In this document: piece after piece, positions 20,129-30,532 of the stretch
Position numbering within the stretch: the first letter of the stretch is position 1
How the letters are laid out: every line of letters starts with the position of its first letter
Translations under genes and position numbers: made by a program
Notes under the pieces: generated by a model
The model's database searches: none
What the model was told of the DNA's origin: nothing
Seen by the model: only the letters and a program-made list of their open reading frames with translations
DNA from: Obrimoposthia wandeli
Taxonomy: Eukaryota
Assembly: GCA_977020255.1 (NCBI GenBank)
Contig: CDROCS010003593.1
Location: forward strand, 62,001 to 126,000
Reading direction: 5' to 3'
DNA: 64,000 bases

Positions 20129-21470
20129 ATGAATAGTCAGAAAACCATAGTTGTTTTAGGTGCTGGAGAAAGTGGTGTTGGTGCAGCTATACTTGCTAAA
20201 AGCAAAGGCTTTAATGTATTTGTTTCCGACAAGGGACAAATCACGGCAGGCTACAGTAAAATTCTGAACGAATACAATATTCCTTTCGAAGAAGGAAAAC
20301 ATAGTGAAGATCGTATTTTAGAAGCCATCGAGGTCGTTAAAAGCCCTGGCATTCCAGACAGCCCACCTATGTTAAAACTAAACGATTTAAACATTCCTGT
20401 AATCTCAGAAATTGAGTTTGCTGGCCGTTATTCGGATGCTAAAATGATTTGCATCACAGGTAGTAATGGAAAAACCAATATCAACACTGTTATTTACCAC
20501 AGTTAAAAAGCTGGGTATAAAATAGATTTAGTTGCAATACTTGGTCACAGTTTACTGTCAGGTTTTGCTTTGAAAACATTACAGCCAATTAGCTAGTTTG
20601 AGCCGGGCAGTTTTCTCAACTAGATGGTATGCAGCAACTACAGCTTTATATCACATACTAATGAACATCACTCCTGACCATCTGGATCGATACGATTATA
20701 AGATGGGGAATTATATTGATTCTAAATTCAGAATCATTCAAAATCAGACTGAGAATGATGCTTTCATTTTCTGTCATGATGACGAAATCATAACAAAAGA
20801 GCTTCAACAAATATCAGTGCAAGTTCAAAAGCATCCATTTAGTATTTATGAATGTTTACCAAAGGGGGCAAGTTTGAAAAATGATGATTTAATTATTAAG
20901 AATGAAAACATCAATCTTAATATGAAACAAACTGAACTTTCCCTAAAAGGAAAGCACAACACTTACAACTCAATGGCTGCAGGAATCGCAGGTAGTATTC
21001 TTGGTATCCGTAAAGAAGTTATCAGAGAAAGCTTAAGTGATTTTGAAGGTGTAGAACATCGCCTTGAGATGCTACCAAATGTTCGTGGTGTTGAATTTAT
21101 AAATGATTCAAAAGCAACAAACATTAATTCTACATGGTATGCTCTAGAAAGCATGAACGACGAAACAGTCTGGATTGTTGGTGGTGTGGATAAAGGCAAT
21201 GACTATTCTGAGTTAATGGACTTAGTTAAAGAAAAAGTAAAAGCTATCGTATGCTTGGGAGTTGATAATTCTAAAATCCATAAAGCCTTCGATGGTGCTA
21301 TCGATACAATTGTAGATACACAATCGATGCATGATGCTGTGAAAATAGCTTATGAATTAGCAAATGAAGAGGCTATTGTTCTTTTATCTCCAGCATGTGC
21401 AAGTTTCGATTTGTTCAAGAGTTACGAAGATAGAGGCGATCAATTTAAAGAAGAAGTGCGAAAATTATAG
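20129..21470 (+). CDS. murD: UDP-MurNAc-L-Ala:D-Glu ligase MurD (garbled at ~20480-20670)
   Basis: LGAGESG, KSPGIP, ITGSNGKT, NITPDHLDRY, NDSKATN, SPACASFD; internal frameshifts. Confidence 0.92.
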
Positions 21471-21480
21471 ATAGAATCAA

Positions 21481-22653
21481 ATGGGACGATTTGTCAACAA
21501 TTTTAAATTACAAGGCGATAAGGTGATATGGATCATTATTTTTCTACTTTCCATCATTTCCCTTTTAGTAGTCTACAGTTCTACTGGAACCTTAGCATAT
21601 AAGGTTAAAGGAGGAAATACGTCCTATTTTTTCATCAAGCAATTGGTTCTTCTACTCGCTTGTTATGTTATAATTTATATTACTCACAAAATACCATACA
21701 AGCATTATTCTAGCTGGGCTAATATGGGCTTACTCGTTGCTATTGGCATGTTGTTATTGGCAAAAATTGTTGGGGTAAATCTTAACCAAGCATCAAGATG
21801 GATTACAATTCCCGGAATTGGTTTTAACTTTCAACCATCTGAATTAGCTAAACTAGCTTTAATTTTATTTGTCTCTCGGATACTCTCAAAATTCCAAACC
21901 GATAGAGAATGTCAAAAAGAAGCATTCTGGAAAATAATTGCAGCAGTTGCTGTGGTGTGTGGCATCATTTTTCTGGATGACTTTTCTACTTCAGCAATAT
22001 TAGGAGCCATCTGCTTAATGCTAATGTTTATAGGTAGAATAGGCGCCAAGTATCTCCTTGGAACCATGGGTTCTGGCTTAGGCCTTATCATCATCTTACT
22101 CATAATAGCCCCATTCTTACCTGATAGTTTTGGACGTATTCATACCGTCAGAAATCGAATTTTGAACTTCGCTGGCATGGGTGAGAAAAAAACTGACAAC
22201 GACCGTAACTATCAAGTCGATCAGGCTAAAATAGCCGTTGTTTCTGGTGGCATAACGGGTAAAGGCCCTGGCAACAGTGATCAACGAAATTTTTTACCTC
22301 ATCCCTACTCTGATTTTATTTATGCGATTATACTAGAAGAACTAGGATGGGTTGGCGGATTTGGAATTCTAGCCCTTTACCTATTCCTAATTTATAGAGC
22401 AGGCTCCATTGTCCGGAAATGTGACCGGACCTTTCCAGCTTTCCTCGTCATTGGACTCAGTCTAAGTATCGTTGCACAAGCATTAACCAATATGGCTGTT
22501 TCTGTTAATTTAATTCCAGTAACAGGTCAACCGCTGCCTCTGGTCAGCATGGGAGGAACCTCACTATTTTTTACAAGTGCAGCCTTGGGGATGATTTTAA
22601 GTGTGAGCCGAGAAGTTAAAGAACAAGAAGATTTAAACCATGAAGAAGATTAA
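21481..22653 (+). CDS. ftsW: SEDS protein FtsW
   Basis: Multi-TM; FQPSELAK, YSDFIYAII, GQPLPLVSMGGTS. Confidence 0.95.
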   Translation: MGRFVNNFKLQGDKVIWIIIFLLSIISLLVVYSSTGTLAYKVKGGNTSYFFIKQLVLLLACYVIIYITHKIPYKHYSSWANMGLLVAIGMLLLAKIVGVNLNQASRWITIPGIGFNFQPSELAKLALILFVSRILSKFQTDRECQKEAFWKIIAAVAVVCGIIFLDDFSTSAILGAICLMLMFIGRIGAKYLLGTMGSGLGLIIILLIIAPFLPDSFGRIHTVRNRILNFAGMGEKKTDNDRNYQVDQAKIAVVSGGITGKGPGNSDQRNFLPHPYSDFIYAIILEELGWVGGFGILALYLFLIYRAGSIVRKCDRTFPAFLVIGLSLSIVAQALTNMAVSVNLIPVTGQPLPLVSMGGTSLFFTSAALGMILSVSREVKEQEDLNHEED

Positions 22654-23743
22654 AATAATAGTTAGCGGAGGTGGAACTGGAGGGCATATCTTTCCAGCGA
22701 TTTCGATTGCCAATGCCTTAAAAGCTAAACATAGCGATATAGAAATTTTATTTGTGGGTGCCGATGGTAAAATGGAAATGGAAAAAGTACCAGCTGCTGG
22801 TTACAAAATCATTGGACTTCCCATTAGAGGCTTACAAAGAAATTTCAGCAAAGAGAATCTTAAATTTTTCTCTCGACTATTCAAAAGTCTTCGCAAGGCT
22901 AAAAAGATTATAAAAGAATTTAAACCTGATGCTGTAGTTGGAGTGGGTGGTTATGCCAGTGGCCCTTTATTGCATGTGGCAAACAAAATGGGCATTCCAT
23001 CATTGATTCAAGAACAGAATTCATATGCAGGAATCACTAATAAACTGTTAGCGAAGAAGGCAAATAAAATTTGTGTGGCTTATCAAGGTATGGAGCGTTT
23101 TTTTCCTGCTGCTAAAATCTTGATGACTGGAAATCCTGTCAGGAAAGATCTAACACAATTAGAGGATCTAAGATTAGAAGCTCAGCGTTTTTTCAATCTC
23201 GATCCAAACAAAAAGACATTACTGGTTATTGGAGGAAGTTTAGGAGCAAGAACCATTAATCACAGTATTATAGAAAACATTGAAGCGTTTAAAGATAAGG
23301 CTATTCAAGTGATATGGCAATGTGGTAAATTTTACCATACAGAGATGAAGGAGAAGCTTTCTCAAGCCAATATTGACAACGTACAAGTTTCAGATTTTTT
23401 AGCTCGAATGGATTTGGCTTACGCTGCATCCGATCTTGTTATTTCAAGAGCTGGAGCAGGAACTATTTCTGAACTGTGTTTGGTGGAGAAAGCATGTATT
23501 CTAGTTCCTTCACCTAATGTTTCAGAAGATCATCAAACTAAGAATGCTATGGCTCTAGTTGATCAAAACGCAGCCATCATGATTTCAGATATCGAATCGA
23601 GAGAAAGATTGGTTAAAGAAGCCCTATTGTTATTAGATAAGGATGCTGAGCTAGAAAACCTAAGAAAGAAAATTGCCTTACTAGCAAAACCAAATGCTGC
23701 AGACGAAATTGCAGATGAAATATTAAAAATGATTAAGCAATAA
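22640..23743 (+). CDS. murG: MurG glycosyltransferase
   Basis: GGGTGGHIFP, GGYASGP, EQNS, GGSLGA, RAGAGT, HQTKNA. Confidence 0.97.
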   Translation: MKKIKIIVSGGGTGGHIFPAISIANALKAKHSDIEILFVGADGKMEMEKVPAAGYKIIGLPIRGLQRNFSKENLKFFSRLFKSLRKAKKIIKEFKPDAVVGVGGYASGPLLHVANKMGIPSLIQEQNSYAGITNKLLAKKANKICVAYQGMERFFPAAKILMTGNPVRKDLTQLEDLRLEAQRFFNLDPNKKTLLVIGGSLGARTINHSIIENIEAFKDKAIQVIWQCGKFYHTEMKEKLSQANIDNVQVSDFLARMDLAYAASDLVISRAGAGTISELCLVEKACILVPSPNVSEDHQTKNAMALVDQNAAIMISDIESRERLVKEALLLLDKDAELENLRKKIALLAKPNAADEIADEILKMIKQ

Positions 23744-23788
23744 ATTTAGGTCTCATAGACTTAAATTGATTCACATATAGGCAGGGGA

Positions 23789-25168
23789 ATGATGAATATA
23801 GAGGATTATAAAAACATCTATTTTGTAGGAGTTGGAGGTATTGGGATGAGTGCTATTGCACGATATTTCAAAGCTATTGGGAAAAATGTGTCTGGTTACG
23901 ACAAGACACAAACTTTGCTTACTGGGGAATTAGAAAAAGAAGGTATTGATATTATTTTCAGCGATGGTGTTGATATAATTCCAGAGATTTATCTCAATAA
24001 AAGTGAAACTCTAGTGGTTTATACACCTGCTATTCCTTCAATTCATGAGCAATTATCTTTTTTCAAAAACGAGAATTTCCTTTTGATGAAAAGAGCCCAA
24101 GTTTTGGGGTTCTTATCTGATCCATTAAATGGAATTGGTATTGCCGGCACACATGGAAAAACAACTGTATCGAGTCTAACAGCTCATATATTCAAAACTT
24201 CAGCTCTAGATTGCAATGCCTTTTTAGGTGGTATTGCAAGAAATTACAACACCAATCTACTCCTGTCAAAAACGAGTCCATGGGTGGTTTTAGAAGCTGA
24301 TGAGTTTGACAGATCATTTCTTCAACTTCACCCACAGGTCGCTGTAGTAACATCAATGGATGCGGATCATTTGGACATATATGGTAAAAAAGAAGAACTG
24401 GAAAAAACATTTCAAGACTATGTCAGACAAATCAAAAAAGATGGTCACCTAATTTATAAGAAAGGTTTACCATTAAACCCAGCAGGTATCAATCTTTATT
24501 CATATTCCTTAGAAGATGAAGAAGCTGATTTCTATGCAAAAAACCTTAAGCTAGTTCAAGGTTTATATCAATTTGATTTGGTATACCCAGAGGGTTGCAT
24601 TGAAGGCTTAAATCTTTCATATCCGGGTCGAATAAATGTTGAGAATGCAATTGCTGCTAGTGCTGTCGCATTAATTTGTGGCATTAGCGAAGATGAACTT
24701 CGATCAGCATTAAATAGTTTCTTGGGGGTTAGACGAAGATTTGATTATAGGATTAAGAGCGATAACTTAGTTTTTATTGATGATTATGCACATCACCCTA
24801 AAGAACTATGGGAAAGCATCTCATCGGTTAAAGCTATCTATCCAAATAAAAAAATAACGGGAATTTTTCAACCTCATCTTTATACAAGAACACGCGATTT
24901 TGCAGATGGTTTCGCAGAAAGTTTAGATCTATTAGACGAACTAATCTTACTCGACATTTACCCTGCCAGAGAACTTCCGATAGAAGGTGTTGACTCGAAC
25001 CTTATTCTTAGCAAAATGAAAAAGAAAGGTAGAATTTGCACAAAGGAAGAATTAATTAAAGAAATTGAACAGAGCGAAATAGAAGTATTATTAACTTTGG
25101 GGGCAGGTGATATCGACAAGCTAGTTAAACCCATAGAACAGGTTTTGAATCAAAGAATAAAATGCTAA
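23789..25168 (+). CDS. murC: UDP-MurNAc:L-Ala ligase MurC
   Basis: GVGGIGMS, GTHGKTT, EADEFD, DDYAHHP, FQPH. Confidence 0.97.
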   Translation: MMNIEDYKNIYFVGVGGIGMSAIARYFKAIGKNVSGYDKTQTLLTGELEKEGIDIIFSDGVDIIPEIYLNKSETLVVYTPAIPSIHEQLSFFKNENFLLMKRAQVLGFLSDPLNGIGIAGTHGKTTVSSLTAHIFKTSALDCNAFLGGIARNYNTNLLLSKTSPWVVLEADEFDRSFLQLHPQVAVVTSMDADHLDIYGKKEELEKTFQDYVRQIKKDGHLIYKKGLPLNPAGINLYSYSLEDEEADFYAKNLKLVQGLYQFDLVYPEGCIEGLNLSYPGRINVENAIAASAVALICGISEDELRSALNSFLGVRRRFDYRIKSDNLVFIDDYAHHPKELWESISSVKAIYPNKKITGIFQPHLYTRTRDFADGFAESLDLLDELILLDIYPARELPIEGVDSNLILSKMKKKGRICTKEELIKEIEQSEIEVLLTLGAGDIDKLVKPIEQVLNQRIKC

Positions 25169-25890
25169 AAAAAATCAAGCCCATATTAATCACTCTGGCA
25201 TTATTTGCCTACATCATTTTCACTTTCGCTTTTGTGAATACGAAAAGTGATGCCATACTGGTTACAGGTATTGATATCAATATTACTGATAGCTTAAATA
25301 CGCATTTCATTTCCGATTCTGAGATCAAAAATCTCATATTAAAGAATCATCCAGGCATAATTGGTAAGCAAGCCACAAAAATAAATAAAGAGCAACTAGA
25401 ACGTGTGATAAACAAAATTCCATCTGTAAAAAACACAGAGGTTTTCACCTCACTAAAAGGCTGCTTACATCTCGAAATTGAACAACGAAAACCAGTTGTT
25501 CGATTACTAAAAGGGAAAGGGTTTTATATTGATGAAGAAGGTAGACGAATGCCGCTATCTTCTAACTATACCTCAAGAGTTTTGGTTGTGTCTGGGCACA
25601 TAAAAGACAAGACGATTGAAAGCGAACTAATGCCACTGGTGAATTTTATTACAAAAGATGAATTTTGGTCTTCGCAAATCAATCAAATCTATGTAGATTC
25701 GAATAATGAATACATTTTAATACCTAGAGTAGGCGGACAGAAAATTGAGATGGGGGAAATTGATAATTTCGAAAGGAAATTTGACAAGCTCTATGCATTA
25801 TACAAAGATGGGTTCTCAACAGTGGGTTGGAACAAATACAAAAAGATAAATTTGAAATACGAGAATCAGATCGTATGTACAAAAAGATAA
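25162..25890 (+). CDS. ftsQ: Cell division protein FtsQ
   Basis: Between murC and ftsA; N-terminal TM, POTRA-like region, INLKYENQIVC end. Confidence 0.88.
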   Translation: MLKKIKPILITLALFAYIIFTFAFVNTKSDAILVTGIDINITDSLNTHFISDSEIKNLILKNHPGIIGKQATKINKEQLERVINKIPSVKNTEVFTSLKGCLHLEIEQRKPVVRLLKGKGFYIDEEGRRMPLSSNYTSRVLVVSGHIKDKTIESELMPLVNFITKDEFWSSQINQIYVDSNNEYILIPRVGGQKIEMGEIDNFERKFDKLYALYKDGFSTVGWNKYKKINLKYENQIVCTKR

Positions 25891-25894
25891 TAGG

Positions 25895-27145
25895 ATGATC
25901 AACACTAACGAAATTATAGCGGCTATAGATATTGGTACAACTAAAATTGTTGCCATAGCGGGGAAAGTTACATCCAACGGAGAACTTCAAATACTTGGAC
26001 TACAAAAAACAAAATCGACAGGTGTAGTTAAAGGCGTTATCCAAAACATTAACCTCACAATTGAAGCCATTCGTGAGGTAATAGAAAAATTACAAGAAAA
26101 TACAAATATTAAAATAGATAAGGCATACGTTGGTATTGCCGGACAACATATTAGAAGCTTAAAAAACCGTCAGTTTAAATATATACAAAACGATTCAGAA
26201 ATTATTACTCAAGAAGATATTGATACGATTATAAAAGAAAATTTCAGAATTCCAATTCAAGTTGGCGAACAAATTCTTCACGTTATCCCACAAGATTATG
26301 TAGTTGATAAAGATAAAGGAATTACTGACCCTCTTGGAATGGCTGGACGCAGACTTGATGGTAACTTTAATATCATTATTGGAAGAACAGCATCAGCTAG
26401 AAATATTGAAAACTGTGTTAAAGCTGTTGATATTGATATTGAAGAACTTGTTTTAGAACCTCTAGCCTCATCTCTAGCAGTTTTAACTCCTGAAGAGAAA
26501 GAAGCTGGCGTTGTACTTGTTGATATAGGTGGTGGAACCACAGATATAACACTCTATTTCGATGGTGTTCTTCGTCACACAGCTGTTATTCCTTTTGGAG
26601 GCGATGTGGTAACCAAAGATATTAAAGAAGGATGTCATCTTTTATTAAAACAAGCAGAAGCATTAAAAGTACAGTTTGGTGAATCTGTTGAACAATTAGC
26701 AGATAACGATAAAGTGGTCAATATTCCACGAACAGGAGGATGGGATCCCAAAGAGATCGCATTTAAAACCCTTGCACAGATTATTCAGTGCCGTATGGAA
26801 GAAATCTTAGATCGTGTGAAATATCAAATTGACATGACGCCTTATGGTGACAAACTAGGTGCTGGAGTTGTACTGACTGGTGGTGGAGCCATGCTTAAAA
26901 ATCTAGATATATTAACGAGGGAAAAACTAGGCGTAGATGTTAGAATTGGTTATCCCAATGCATCAGGTCTAATCAAGGTTGATGAAGCAATTAATATTCC
27001 AATGTATGCAACAAGTATTGGTCTACTATTGAATGGCTTGAATAAGTTACAGCACAGACCAAGTGACGCTATTACGAACCAAGCAAATACTAAAACTAGG
27101 AAAAAGGGAATAAAACGTTTCTTTGAAACACTCTTCGATAACTAG
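25895..27145 (+). CDS. ftsA: Cell division protein FtsA
   Basis: IDIGTTK, VDIGGGTTD, VLTGGGA; amphipathic C-tail KKGIKRFFETLFDN. Confidence 0.96.
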   Translation: MINTNEIIAAIDIGTTKIVAIAGKVTSNGELQILGLQKTKSTGVVKGVIQNINLTIEAIREVIEKLQENTNIKIDKAYVGIAGQHIRSLKNRQFKYIQNDSEIITQEDIDTIIKENFRIPIQVGEQILHVIPQDYVVDKDKGITDPLGMAGRRLDGNFNIIIGRTASARNIENCVKAVDIDIEELVLEPLASSLAVLTPEEKEAGVVLVDIGGGTTDITLYFDGVLRHTAVIPFGGDVVTKDIKEGCHLLLKQAEALKVQFGESVEQLADNDKVVNIPRTGGWDPKEIAFKTLAQIIQCRMEEILDRVKYQIDMTPYGDKLGAGVVLTGGGAMLKNLDILTREKLGVDVRIGYPNASGLIKVDEAINIPMYATSIGLLLNGLNKLQHRPSDAITNQANTKTRKKGIKRFFETLFDN

Positions 27146-27253
27146 TATTAAAAATATAAAAACAAGCTTTTGATGATTCTGAATTCCCCTAGATATCATT
27201 ATCAAATTCAAGCCTCATCAACTTGCAGTTAAAAACACGATAAACCCTAAATT

Positions 27254-28567
27254 ATGATTGACGATATACTACCTGTTGATTTCGAAACAAAAGAAGAATC
27301 AATAATTAAAGTTATTGGTGTTGGAGGCGGTGGAAGTAACGCTGTCAATCACATGTTTAAAGAAGGTATTAAAGATGTTGGCTTTGTGATATGCAATACC
27401 GACTCGCAAGCTTTAGTGGATAGCCCGATTCCTTTAAAAATACAATTGGGTAAAAGTCTAACGGAAGGACGAGGAGCAGGCAACAAACCTGAAAAAGGTA
27501 GACAATCAGCCATAGAAAGTATAGATGATGTCAATAAACTTCTTGGAGAAAAAACCAAAATGATTTTCATTACTGCCGGCATGGGTGGAGGAACTGGTAC
27601 AGGTGCAGCTCCAGTAATTGCCGAGCTTGCTAAAGAGAGAGGTATACTTACCGTTGGAATTGTAACCATTCCTTTCCTATTTGAAGGGCAACGTAGAGTT
27701 CAACAAGCATTAGAAGGCATAGAGAATTTAGAGAAACATGTAGATGCCTTATTGATCATCAACAATGAAAAATTAAGAAGCATGTTTGGCGACTTAAAAC
27801 TTTCAGAAGCTTTTGCTCAAGCCGATAGTGTTTTATCAATTGCTGCCAAATCTATCGCCGAAATCATTACAGTTCATGGCTATGTAAATGTCGACTTTGC
27901 TGATGTAGAAACAGTAATGCGTAACTCTGGAGTTGCCATTATGGGATCAGCTAGCTTATCTGGTGAAGACAGAGCAATTAAGGCAATTAAGCAAGCTCTT
28001 AATTCACCATTATTAAACAGCAATAATATCTATGGTGCACGTAATATTCTACTAAATATCATATCAGGTACCGAAGAAGCAACCATGATGGAGGTTACTG
28101 AAATTACAGAATATGTTCAGGCAGTTGTAGGAAACGATGTTAGTATTATATGGGGGAATGGTTATAGCGAATCATGCAATGATGAGTTGAGCGTAACTAT
28201 TATAGCAACAGGTTTTACTGATAATCCAATTCCAGAGCTAAATATCCAGCCTCGCCAACATGAACAAAATAAGGAACCTCAGCTTGAATTAATAATTGAA
28301 AATCCAGAAATGCTAGAGACCGAAGCTAACAATTCAAAAAGGAAGGTTTCGTCTACAAAAATGAACAACACAAACCAGACAGAAATGTTTGAGGAATCAT
28401 TTGAAGAGGAAAATGTAACTAAGAGCAATGAGGATACAACACCTGATAACAGGTCGAATGATTCTTATACTGCTCCTAAGAAAAAAGAGGTAGTAAAGGA
28501 AAAGAAATCAGGTTGGTTCAAAGACACTCTAGGTTCATTATTCGATACCGAAGATACATCTATGTAA
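27254..28567 (+). CDS. ftsZ: FtsZ paralogue 1 (no recognisable core C-terminal peptide; FtsA-like tail)
   Basis: GVGGGGSN, GRGAG, AGMGGGTGTG, T7 loop NVDFADV; ends SGWFKDTLGSLFDTEDTSM. Confidence 0.95.
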   Translation: MIDDILPVDFETKEESIIKVIGVGGGGSNAVNHMFKEGIKDVGFVICNTDSQALVDSPIPLKIQLGKSLTEGRGAGNKPEKGRQSAIESIDDVNKLLGEKTKMIFITAGMGGGTGTGAAPVIAELAKERGILTVGIVTIPFLFEGQRRVQQALEGIENLEKHVDALLIINNEKLRSMFGDLKLSEAFAQADSVLSIAAKSIAEIITVHGYVNVDFADVETVMRNSGVAIMGSASLSGEDRAIKAIKQALNSPLLNSNNIYGARNILLNIISGTEEATMMEVTEITEYVQAVVGNDVSIIWGNGYSESCNDELSVTIIATGFTDNPIPELNIQPRQHEQNKEPQLELIIENPEMLETEANNSKRKVSSTKMNNTNQTEMFEESFEEENVTKSNEDTTPDNRSNDSYTAPKKKEVVKEKKSGWFKDTLGSLFDTEDTSM

Positions 28568-28573
28568 ATTAAT

Positions 28574-28664
28574 AGCTTGGAAATACACACTATCTCCAAG
28601 CTTAAAGTTTCATTTAGAAAATCTTAATTAAAATAAGGTCGTAATTAATTAAGCATTACATTTG
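28574..28664 (+). promoter_or_regulatory. Hairpin after ftsZ1 plus TAnnTTTG promoter for ftsZ2
   Basis: agcttgga/tccaagct inverted repeat at 28574-28602; TACATTTG at 28657-28664. Confidence 0.6.
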
Positions 28665-28736
28665 CATCGCAAAAAGGTTAAATACGATAGAATACAATCA
28701 CACACATCCAACAAGAGGATAAATACAATAGAATTA

Positions 28737-30011
28737 ATGAGCGAGGAATTAATGGATTTTGGCTTGATAGAAGACGAACCTTCAATTATTAAAGTAATTG
28801 GAGTTGGTGGTGGTGGAGGCAATGCTGTTAACTACATGTATCAGCAAGGCATCAAAGATGTTGATTTTGTCATCTGTAATACGGATGCACAAGCATTAGC
28901 AAAAAGCAGTGTGCCAAAGAAAATTCAACTTGGAGAATCTTTAACAGAAGGACGTGGAGCTGGTAATAAGCCTGAAAAAGGTGAACAATCAGCTATAGAA
29001 AACTTAGATGATGTTATTGAAGTATTAGCAGATAATACCAAAATGGTATTTATTACAGCTGGTATGGGTGGAGGTACCGGAACTGGTGCTGCTCCAATCA
29101 TTGCTAAGGCTGCAAAAGACATGAATATTCTTACTGTTGGTATTGTAACTATCCCTTTCCGTTTCGAGGGTAGGCAACGTATCAATCAGGCAGTAGAAGG
29201 TATAAGAAAACTTAAAGAAAATGTCGATTCACTTCTTGTAATCGATAATGGAAAACTTTCTGAAATATATGGCGATCTTAAACTATCAACAGCATTCTCG
29301 AAAGCTGATGACGTTTTAGCCACAGCAGCAAAAGGGATTGCTGAAATTATAACACTACATGGTTACATCAATGTTGACTTCGAAGATGTTAAAACCGTGA
29401 TGACAAATAGTGGTGTTGCTGTTATGGGATCAGCAAGTGCAGAAGGTGAAGGAAGAGCAGTAACTGCTATTCGAGAGGCATTAACCTCTCCTCTACTTGA
29501 CAATAACGATGTTCGTGGAGCAAAATCTATTCTTCTGAATATCACATCTGGAACCGAAGAAGTGACAATGGATGAAGTCGGTGAAATCACCGATTATGTC
29601 TATGAAGCAGTAGGTGATAGTGGAAATATTATTTGGGGTACTGGGCAGGATGAAGCTTTAGGTGATAATATTTCTGTAACTATTATTGCTACTGGTTTTG
29701 AACATGACGAATCAGAAAATTACGATACAAGACCTCAACAAGCTGTTATAAACAAACCGAGTGCTTTTAAAGGAGGTAAAGGTCCAGCTAAAACAACCGA
29801 AACTCAAAATTTACAATTGGAGTTAGATCCTGTATCTGAACCAGAAGCTAAGCGAAATGTAAAACTAGATGCTAGTAACATGAACGATGCGGAGATTCAG
29901 GAAAATGAAGAAATTCCAGCATATAAGCGTAAACAAATCAATTTACAGAGAACCGAACCTCCAAAAACATCCAATGTGGTTCATTTCGATTTAGATGATT
30001 TTGATAATTAA
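28737..30011 (+). CDS. ftsZ: FtsZ paralogue 2 (canonical, with core C-terminal peptide)
   Basis: Likely start is ATG 28737 (MSEELMDF); the ORF-track TTG lies inside the -7 box. GVGGGGGN, AGMGGGTGTG, NVDFEDV; EEIPAYKRK. Confidence 0.95.
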   Translation: MSEELMDFGLIEDEPSIIKVIGVGGGGGNAVNYMYQQGIKDVDFVICNTDAQALAKSSVPKKIQLGESLTEGRGAGNKPEKGEQSAIENLDDVIEVLADNTKMVFITAGMGGGTGTGAAPIIAKAAKDMNILTVGIVTIPFRFEGRQRINQAVEGIRKLKENVDSLLVIDNGKLSEIYGDLKLSTAFSKADDVLATAAKGIAEIITLHGYINVDFEDVKTVMTNSGVAVMGSASAEGEGRAVTAIREALTSPLLDNNDVRGAKSILLNITSGTEEVTMDEVGEITDYVYEAVGDSGNIIWGTGQDEALGDNISVTIIATGFEHDESENYDTRPQQAVINKPSAFKGGKGPAKTTETQNLQLELDPVSEPEAKRNVKLDASNMNDAEIQENEEIPAYKRKQINLQRTEPPKTSNVVHFDLDDFDN

Positions 30012-30068
30012 TACAAATCTGTATAAGCCCATCTTCTGACTCGGGTTTATACAATAATCTCATACATC

Positions 30069-30515
30069 ATGACTTTATTAGAACAAATAAACAGTGACAT
30101 GAAGGCTGCAATGAAAGCCAAAGATAAAGAGAGATTGCAAGCTATTAGAGCAGTAAAAACAGCTTTCACTCTTGAAATGACAAAAACAGGTAGTACTGAG
30201 ATTGCCGACGCTGATGCTTTAAAAATTGTACAGAAACTTGCTAAGCAGAGAAAAGATTCTGCCGATACATTTATTGCAGCTGACCGTCAAGAGTTGGCTG
30301 ATGTTGAACTACATGAGATGTCAGTTATTGAAGCTTATCTTCCAGCACAGATTGGTGATGAAGAACTAACTGAAATTATCAAAGGTTTGGTTGCGAAAAC
30401 TGGAGCTAGCTCTATTAAAGATATGGGTAAAGTTGTTGGTATGGCATCTAAGGAATTAGCTGGTCGTGCTGATGGGAAAACCATTGCAGATAAAGTGAAA
30501 GCTTTACTAGCTTAA
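30069..30515 (+). CDS. GatB/YqeY domain protein
   Basis: DMKAAMKAKD, KQRKDS, YLPAQ, KDMGKV, GRADGK. Confidence 0.93.
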   Translation: MTLLEQINSDMKAAMKAKDKERLQAIRAVKTAFTLEMTKTGSTEIADADALKIVQKLAKQRKDSADTFIAADRQELADVELHEMSVIEAYLPAQIGDEELTEIIKGLVAKTGASSIKDMGKVVGMASKELAGRADGKTIADKVKALLA

Positions 30516-30532
30516 CATCGATATTCAAACAC

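Noticed and set aside
14875-21470. Pseudogenisation or programmed frameshifting of ftsL, ftsI and murD
   Set aside because: Essential genes with locally garbled patches rather than clean slippery sites; sequencing error is far more parsimonious
28662-28736. 25-aa N-terminal extension of FtsZ2 in the ORF track
   Set aside because: The TTG start lies inside the -7 promoter box; ATG 28737 aligns with the FtsZ1 start region
13440-30011. Absence of murF, ddl and murB from the dcw cluster
   Set aside because: Usual for Bacteroidota, where these genes lie elsewhere
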